Shown piece after piece: positions 53,801-59,050 of a stretch of DNA of 59,050 nt. The stretch comes from Alphaproteobacteria bacterium. Lineage in GTDB: Bacteria; Pseudomonadota; Alphaproteobacteria; Rs-D84. A program made the position numbers and the translations under genes. The stretch is taken from assembly GCA_031549365.1 (NCBI GenBank), contig JAVBPX010000002.1:1-59050 (forward strand), in the 5' to 3' direction. The first letter of the stretch is position 1. Each line of letters begins with the position of its first letter. Below the pieces are notes generated by a model, which was not told the origin of the DNA, ran no database searches, and saw nothing but the letters and a program-made list of their open reading frames with translations.

Positions 53801-56800
53801 GTGTGGTGCGACACCTGCGACAAATATTTCATGGGCAAAATCATTGGCAGGAGGCACATTGGGCGGATTTGTTTATGTTTTAACCCGCGAAAACAATACA
53901 CGAACAATATTATATGAAAACGGGGCAGAAACGGAAGGCGGCACCCCGGTTAACGATTCATGCGTTTATAACTGGCGCCCACCATATTATTATTGGACTG
54001 TAAATTTATCACAACATTCATTTATTACCCAGGTTTGTCCGAATGGATTATGTTCGACACCGTCTGCTGCTGCGTCCGCAGTTTTATACACAGCCGAAGA
54101 CATCAAAGACAATATGCAAAATGTTTTTAGCAGCAGCCAATCTGTCCCAATGTTTGCCGATGTATTAATCGACGAAAAAATGAAATATATCACATCAGAA
54201 CAAGCCGGTAAATTAACACCCTGTCCAACCGGATCATATCACTATTGGAATGATCACCGCGGATGGAGCGATTGTATGTATAACGTAATTCCAGACGATG
54301 GATACAGAAACACAACCGTTTCTTCTAACGATTTGTGGGGGGATGGGCTTAACGATCATGGCGGGACTGTTTGGAACCCAGGGATGGAAACATTATCGCA
54401 ATATGTAAACCGAAATATGGGGACAATGGGCTATGGCGCAAATATTCCGTTGACAGGGGATCCAAAAGAATTAGAAGGTGTGGACGGACGCATTGTTGTG
54501 ATTTACGAACCCATGGCGGATGAGATGGAACCATTGGGACCGGTGGCTGGAATTTATTTATGGGACGCGCCGGCATGGGTATCAATTGAAAATCAGGCCG
54601 CTGTAAACGATCCATCATATATTGCGTTTGTCGACGAGGACACCAGCGCATCAACATCCAATTCGTTTTTGCGCGTTCAATCATTATTTGGGAAACAACT
54701 TTCAACTAAAAACGAGTCCGAACCATCAAATACCGTTGTTGGGCGCAAGTCGCATGTAACATTTGCTGAATTTTATCAAACAGCGATGGACCCAACCAAA
54801 CTTTCGGATAAATTGGATTCAAAGGACAACGTTATCCTTGGGTCTGATGAAAAACCAATCCAAACAACCAATATATCTGGCCTCTCGGACCAAGTATTGT
54901 CTCCGAAACACATTCACGCGACCGCAAAAAAAATCAAGGTTGCTTTGCAAAGTTCAGATATACATCCAAACTTTGCCGGAAAACAGAGATTGTTCCGCCA
55001 AGATATTGAAGAATATGCTCTGGAAAAATATGCCGCAGGGACACATGTAAAATTGGAAAACATAAAAAAACAAAACCCGACAAACGCGACCCTTAACGAC
55101 TATGGCTGTCCAATTGGGACCAGAATGACGCATGATGACAAAAATTTTGAACCATGGAACCCAATTTGTTTGGATATTAATTATTGCAAAAATGTTAACC
55201 CATCTGGCAAAGAGGGATATATAAAAGTCGCAAAAGAAGTCGAAAATGATTACTGTATTGATTTTGTAATGCCCCGCCCAGACGAAACCGAAGACTTTTT
55301 GGATGGTGATGGGGAATGTTCAACAATGGACGCGGCAACGATGAAAACTGGACCAGCCCTGGGAATCAACGAATTGGATCCGGATGGTTGCAACTATCGA
55401 ACATATGATTGTACAAAACAAAAAAATGATGACCCGCGTTGTAATCCGCCATCCGATGAAACCATTGGTAAAAACATCGCATTGTATCGTGGGATTCCGG
55501 GTGTATATCAATACTTTGGCAAAGTTGACAATAAATGGCGCTGGTCCGAACCAATTGCGAATTGGTGTACTGGGGCCGAACCTTCATCCGAAACGGCCGG
55601 ATATGTACCAACATATTTCCATGATGGCGATAATGATAATCCATTTACACCATCCACATTAAAATTGGGGAATGGCGAAACCGTCGCAACGACGGCCGTG
55701 GATTTCACATATTGTTCACGTAATGATTTGTCGGTCGCCCCCAGAATCAAATGTCAGAAAGTCGATGTCCCGATTTATGCCGTAACAGCACCATTATCCC
55801 AACCATGTATTTCGATGTGGAAACCCAGCTATGCCCAAGCCACAACATTAAACTGGTCCGACAAAATTGGGCAGAGTGCCATCGCCACCGACGCAAATAA
55901 TTTCCACAAGAATGAATTAACACAACCATCCCAAATTCATGCGGTTGATATAAATACATCCGGATTGGAATGTTCGGATGTTTCCGGATGTTCAACGAAT
56001 TCAAACGACAACTTTGTGAATTCAACCCTGCCCGTTAATAACGGAATTACATATTCGAATGCATATTTACACCGCTTTAATGACGCCGATAAAATTGTTT
56101 GGAATTTTAATATGTCGCCTGTGTTCTGTGCTGATTTGCGCGAAAACCAAAATACTAAATTGCAGAACAATAAATTAAATAAATGCGACACATCAATAAA
56201 TGGAAATTTATTGGCGAATTCGTGTATGAATTTTACAAATTTAACCCGTGGTATTTTTGCATTGAACATTAAAAATTTGACAGAACCTTGCATCACAATT
56301 ATCGAAACCGTTCCGACCGGGTTTACTGGTAATAAATCCGATTATCTGGTCCGCGAATCAATCAATGAAACCGGCATGTTTGTAACGGGCAACGAAGCAT
56401 GGATTAACGGAATGCCAACATGTGGCGGAACATCCGGCACAACATCCGGCACAACGTGTAATTTTGGCACGATTGATTTTAACGCCGCCAGAAAACCCTG
56501 CTTGAATTCCATGGCCAATCCATACAACAATTCTTATGGATTAAAATTCTTTACATATTGGTATGACGATTCATGGTCCAATAATGATAATTGCGCTGTT
56601 GAAATTAAATTGCCAACAAATATACGCCATTTGTTCATCCGTGGTTCGGAAAACAAAGACATCGGATTCGCGGGCGATGATACAACTGCCTTGACACCGG
56701 ACAACATATCCGGATCATTGTCCAGCTTTGCACAAAAATATAAAAAGTATTTCTTGGGATTTGATGCGAGTGCGAATGCGAATGAATTTAAATTGTTCCG

Positions 56801-59050
56801 ACCTGCCCCAACATCGTCGGAATGGACAAACGGGCTCGGTTCAAAAACATTTGATATATTTATGGAGGCCACAACGAATTCGGATCGCGTTGCAACATTT
56901 TCAACATATACCGATGATGCGTGCGCCGCCGCGGGCAATTGCGTAACCGCGGACAACAAACAGGCTTATGTCCTGGGCCAGCCATCCGGCTGGGGATATG
57001 ATTGGACTGATGACGCTGGTTGGGGGGATCGAACATATAATAATGTTTGCACTGCCGCAACAAACGAAAATTCCGATTCAAAATGGTTTAAAATAACATC
57101 ACAATACAAACCGGGCGGAAACGCAACATGCGCGGTTCCACATCCAAATATTTGGGCGGGAACATGCGGGTCAGAATGTACCGCGATTACATCCGCATCA
57201 ACCCCTGCCGACATTTATAAATGCCATGAATGTTTATTTGATAACACCGTCGATTACACACCAACATATGCGTTGACCGACACCAAAACCACCAACACAT
57301 ATAACCAATTGGTAAAATTTGGTGCAGCTGGTTGGAACAATCCAACCGCATTGGGCAATTTCATATGCCCGGGCCAGGATGTTCGCACAACGGGCACCGC
57401 ACCCGAATTATCGTGCGCAAATGCATTTTATTCCGCCGCGGCTGAAACCACATATACTGGCAATGATTACGCCGCATTGGGGCCAACGGGGGCGACACGT
57501 AAATGTTTCAACTGTTTGTATAATGGATCATGCACCGACGGACATACATATGCGACCGGACCAACTGCCGTTACGGCCGATGTTGTCGGATTGATTCACG
57601 GGCCGGCACAATCGGCATGTGATTATCGTGTATTGATTGATTCCACTCGTCAAACAAAATTGTTTAAAAACGGGAAATCATTGACATTATGTAACCCAAC
57701 CAATAATGTATCGTATACCACATATAATGCGAAATTAACAGATGAGCAGCAAATGACTTTGCCCGCGGCTATGCGCGATGATCTGGATTTCACAGTAAAT
57801 CAATATTACGATTGTACCGCCACATCATTAGGGCAGCCATGTACACCTGGCACAGAAAATTGCTTTGGCTCGATTTTGTATAATTCAAACGGTAACGCAT
57901 TTAAATTATATTCGATTTCAGCCGATTTGGATTTTGCACAAAACAAAATTGGCGGCGAAAAATATCTGGATTTAACAAACGGGGTATTGGTATACGCAAA
58001 TACATTGAATGAATCATTGGGATCAAAAGTTTCGGCTAAAAACATGACATCTGTTGGATTGAACTGGGGCACATCATTCACGAACGCCAATGAAGATCAA
58101 TTCCGTACAACATGGGTTGGCGGATCCGTTGCCCCGGCTGTGGGTTGCACGGTTAAATATGAAAACAACGATTATAAATTTGAATGTGGTTCGACTGGCG
58201 CATTTTATACGGACGGGTGCACATCATCAAATAATAATGGGTGTATAAATTTAATGGGCATCAATATCAATACAAATTTATATGATATATCGTCTGAATT
58301 GTCGACATTGGCAACATTTGGAACTAATTTTACGGATTTAAATGGCGATGCCTTGACCGCACCATACATTGGCAAATTATCAATTGATCGAATAACGGAC
58401 GCCACAAAATTGGCAGTCGAAAAAAAATTAACAACCGAGTTAAAGAACTGGATGTCTGTTGATGAAAACGGTTATACAGATTTGGACGCAAATTCATTGA
58501 CTGCAAAATGGATCCCAAACACGGCCGGAACCACACCAACGGTTACATGCTCAATATCACATAATGGTTCAAATTATGTATTCGGCACATGTAATCAAAC
58601 CGGGTCATTTGCAACATCATACACGGATTGCACCGGATTGGGTGGCGCACCAACCGATTGTTTGACATTCGGCGCAATGTCGGCCATTAAATCGTCATTA
58701 TATGATATCGTTGCGCCAACAACATCGTCCAGCGGCCCGAATGCAGCTGATATTGTGGCATATAAAACCGCATTTGGATTCCAGACAACAGAACAATCAA
58801 CCACATATAATTTATCGTTATCAACCCGCGCATTGCCAACTGCAACAGGCCTGGCAAATGATTTCGGTTCCGCCGGATGGACAAAAACATATTCATACGA
58901 AATTAATAAAATAACAGCAACATATACCAAATCGGGACAGTCATCCCAATCATGCGAAATTCAAGCAAACGCAAATGACACCGCTGCTGAATTATCGATT
59001 GATATAACGGCGATGACGGATGAGGCGTGGAAAGCCGGATACCTGTGCGC
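50883..59050 (+). CDS. Giant cysteine-rich membrane-anchored/secreted protein (>2720 aa, truncated by window end; missing from ORF track)
   Basis: ATG at 50883 (MNIFLMLITFLFMAGYYYMQSP...). The frame was open at the spot checks (54000, 56340, 58980-end), and no ORF in the track terminates in this frame. Confidence 0.85.
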   Translation, partial: MNIFLMLITFLFMAGYYYMQSPSLSFREDSREVLAETAGVKSILACVSQVHFQSLKENDVNLYPHNHQFKNDSGCAKKYKITSKKICMKGDRLTPECYPDVANAADISHYVITKSAVLDQRDTGKVLDLLRRDYRHASNLGMMMVSEERKPILVSAAEVPLEVSTPVFSAMSMRTGDLVYYSQYNKDEILAQMRNNEMNRVTCVGNEIKVYRYRQWICEVPSENALCIGDMIYDRNVGGCVMDESKKPVCPGREEAVSINNLWVCVPPQMTIKCESPLVAQLNFQTFEWECIFDPDRIEDSTECTSSKKDQLTGEISSEIIQITAGSSHCTDCEIFDQSDGRCNNTCTPNPQRISNPSCYNPVIDCTNTDSQNPTKAIYFGFPKYGTGTDAARSLEYINNAKKTIRELQGIDSVILGSVPSNNRYFNCLDCGSLRINKKTLVLNMFAECDYSGTHYAICSNGGKDPDNVYVIDPNANDPSNKNKGGCKNLDDVVNVVPPCPDGFYRKNKSESCRPKFCNSNDGVGNVCPSDRPVMVLTQAGKNNETCVYCWRPSIKIPGLASANISITPNVGSTKINGTYSANIAFDWKATLSSKQSEAIPDTGSDLSLFAVTARMNTKKQIKDSVLRFFGGRNTNAEDIFDANGNYIDLIQSLNWGNFSGTNMPPLPIPIPQDKLTTLYNNVDLGGLEYNVIPCAVKNANGYCVDSDLSLDSSKTNGTGYHMVMPGYVRKWSGNDWTTSWWLNDKDDKSNQTLAKDSVLKCADGDIMRVFGKFTDSGDLAATRYCMRPIPLANDIPSDGEFKRDGTKIGGWQDSTVDYMSFGQKQKTTTDDYKNKLFPYYGCLSTSNNDKVIQTGCSPCYDVVKSETVVFNEYEKVDNVIRKKTTSPYNQIFNAVDVLSVKTGTITTPTTLNVGSGRQTVSGNNNTIYIKPEKCSGTEFLDDKTTETRAGCPAGMIRYWGTDHYWTPCYYNMCGATPATNISWAKSLAGGTLGGFVYVLTRENNTRTILYENGAETEGGTPVNDSCVYNWRPPYYYWTVNLSQHSFITQVCPNGLCSTPSAAASAVLYTAEDIKDNMQNVFSSSQSVPMFADVLIDEKMKYITSEQAGKLTPCPTGSYHYWNDHRGWSDCMYNVIPDDGYRNTTVSSNDLWGDGLNDHGGTVWNPGMETLSQYVNRNMGTMGYGANIPLTGDPKELEGVDGRIVVIYEPMADEMEPLGPVAGIYLWDAPAWVSIENQAAVNDPSYIAFVDEDTSASTSNSFLRVQSLFGKQLSTKNESEPSNTVVGRKSHVTFAEFYQTAMDPTKLSDKLDSKDNVILGSDEKPIQTTNISGLSDQVLSPKHIHATAKKIKVALQSSDIHPNFAGKQRLFRQDIEEYALEKYAAGTHVKLENIKKQNPTNATLNDYGCPIGTRMTHDDKNFEPWNPICLDINYCKNVNPSGKEGYIKVAKEVENDYCIDFVMPRPDETEDFLDGDGECSTMDAATMKTGPALGINELDPDGCNYRTYDCTKQKNDDPRCNPPSDETIGKNIALYRGIPGVYQYFGKVDNKWRWSEPIANWCTGAEPSSETAGYVPTYFHDGDNDNPFTPSTLKLGNGETVATTAVDFTYCSRNDLSVAPRIKCQKVDVPIYAVTAPLSQPCISMWKPSYAQATTLNWSDKIGQSAIATDANNFHKNELTQPSQIHAVDINTSGLECSDVSGCSTNSNDNFVNSTLPVNNGITYSNAYLHRFNDADKIVWNFNMSPVFCADLRENQNTKLQNNKLNKCDTSINGNLLANSCMNFTNLTRGIFALNIKNLTEPCITIIETVPTGFTGNKSDYLVRESINETGMFVTGNEAWINGMPTCGGTSGTTSGTTCNFGTIDFNAARKPCLNSMANPYNNSYGLKFFTYWYDDSWSNNDNCAVEIKLPTNIRHLFIRGSENKDIGFAGDDTTALTPDNISGSLSSFAQKYKKYFLGFDASANANEFKLFRPAPTSSEWTNGLGSKTFDIFMEATTNSDRVATFSTYTDDACAAAGNCVTADNKQAYVLGQPSGWGYDWTDDAGWGDRTYNNVCTAATNENSDSKWFKITSQYKPGGNATCAVPHPNIWAGTCGSECTAITSASTPADIYKCHECLFDNTVDYTPTYALTDTKTTNTYNQLVKFGAAGWNNPTALGNFICPGQDVRTTGTAPELSCANAFYSAAAETTYTGNDYAALGPTGATRKCFNCLYNGSCTDGHTYATGPTAVTADVVGLIHGPAQSACDYRVLIDSTRQTKLFKNGKSLTLCNPTNNVSYTTYNAKLTDEQQMTLPAAMRDDLDFTVNQYYDCTATSLGQPCTPGTENCFGSILYNSNGNAFKLYSISADLDFAQNKIGGEKYLDLTNGVLVYANTLNESLGSKVSAKNMTSVGLNWGTSFTNANEDQFRTTWVGGSVAPAVGCTVKYENNDYKFECGSTGAFYTDGCTSSNNNGCINLMGININTNLYDISSELSTLATFGTNFTDLNGDALTAPYIGKLSIDRITDATKLAVEKKLTTELKNWMSVDENGYTDLDANSLTAKWIPNTAGTTPTVTCSISHNGSNYVFGTCNQTGSFATSYTDCTGLGGAPTDCLTFGAMSAIKSSLYDIVAPTTSSSGPNAADIVAYKTAFGFQTTEQSTTYNLSLSTRALPTATGLANDFGSAGWTKTYSYEINKITATYTKSGQSSQSCEIQANANDTAAELSIDITAMTDEAWKAGYLC

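Noticed and set aside
51578-58930. Numerous short ORFs listed in the ORF track for the last 8 kb
   Set aside because: All are off-frame or antisense to the single giant ORF starting at 50883

Overview
Chromosomal segment of an AT-rich, probably anaerobic or host-associated alphaproteobacterium. The assignment rests on an alpha-type LexA box at recA and on alpha-like Ssb, RecG and GroEL; a Rs-D84/Enterousia-like lineage is only a guess. The left end (1-~2477) is the end of an integrated ssDNA phage (Microviridae) with a partial DNA pilot protein, the major capsid protein, a 48-aa orphan and an Arg/Ser-rich VP8/J-type DNA-binding protein. It is bounded by two inverted dif-like XerC/D sites that can fold into a CTXphi-style hairpin att site. 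The rest is mostly housekeeping genes (tadA, rsmD, lgt, rpmG, msbA-like ABC, tdh, rbr, ssb, eno, tkt, rnhA, groESL, cysS, recG, rnj, alaS, recA, rluB-like, PBP1A) transcribed mainly toward the dif site. Accessory items are: a 2039-aa autotransporter; an ankyrin plus catalytically dead subtilase surface protein; a radical SAM/SPASM enzyme with an unannotated 28-aa Cys-rich precursor peptide; a DUF559 cassette with terminal inverted repeats and a 36-bp target duplication; a multi-hairpin mini-element bounded by a tRNA-Lys 3' duplication; a tRNA-Thr islet; and an unannotated >2700-codon Cys-rich ORF running off the right end.
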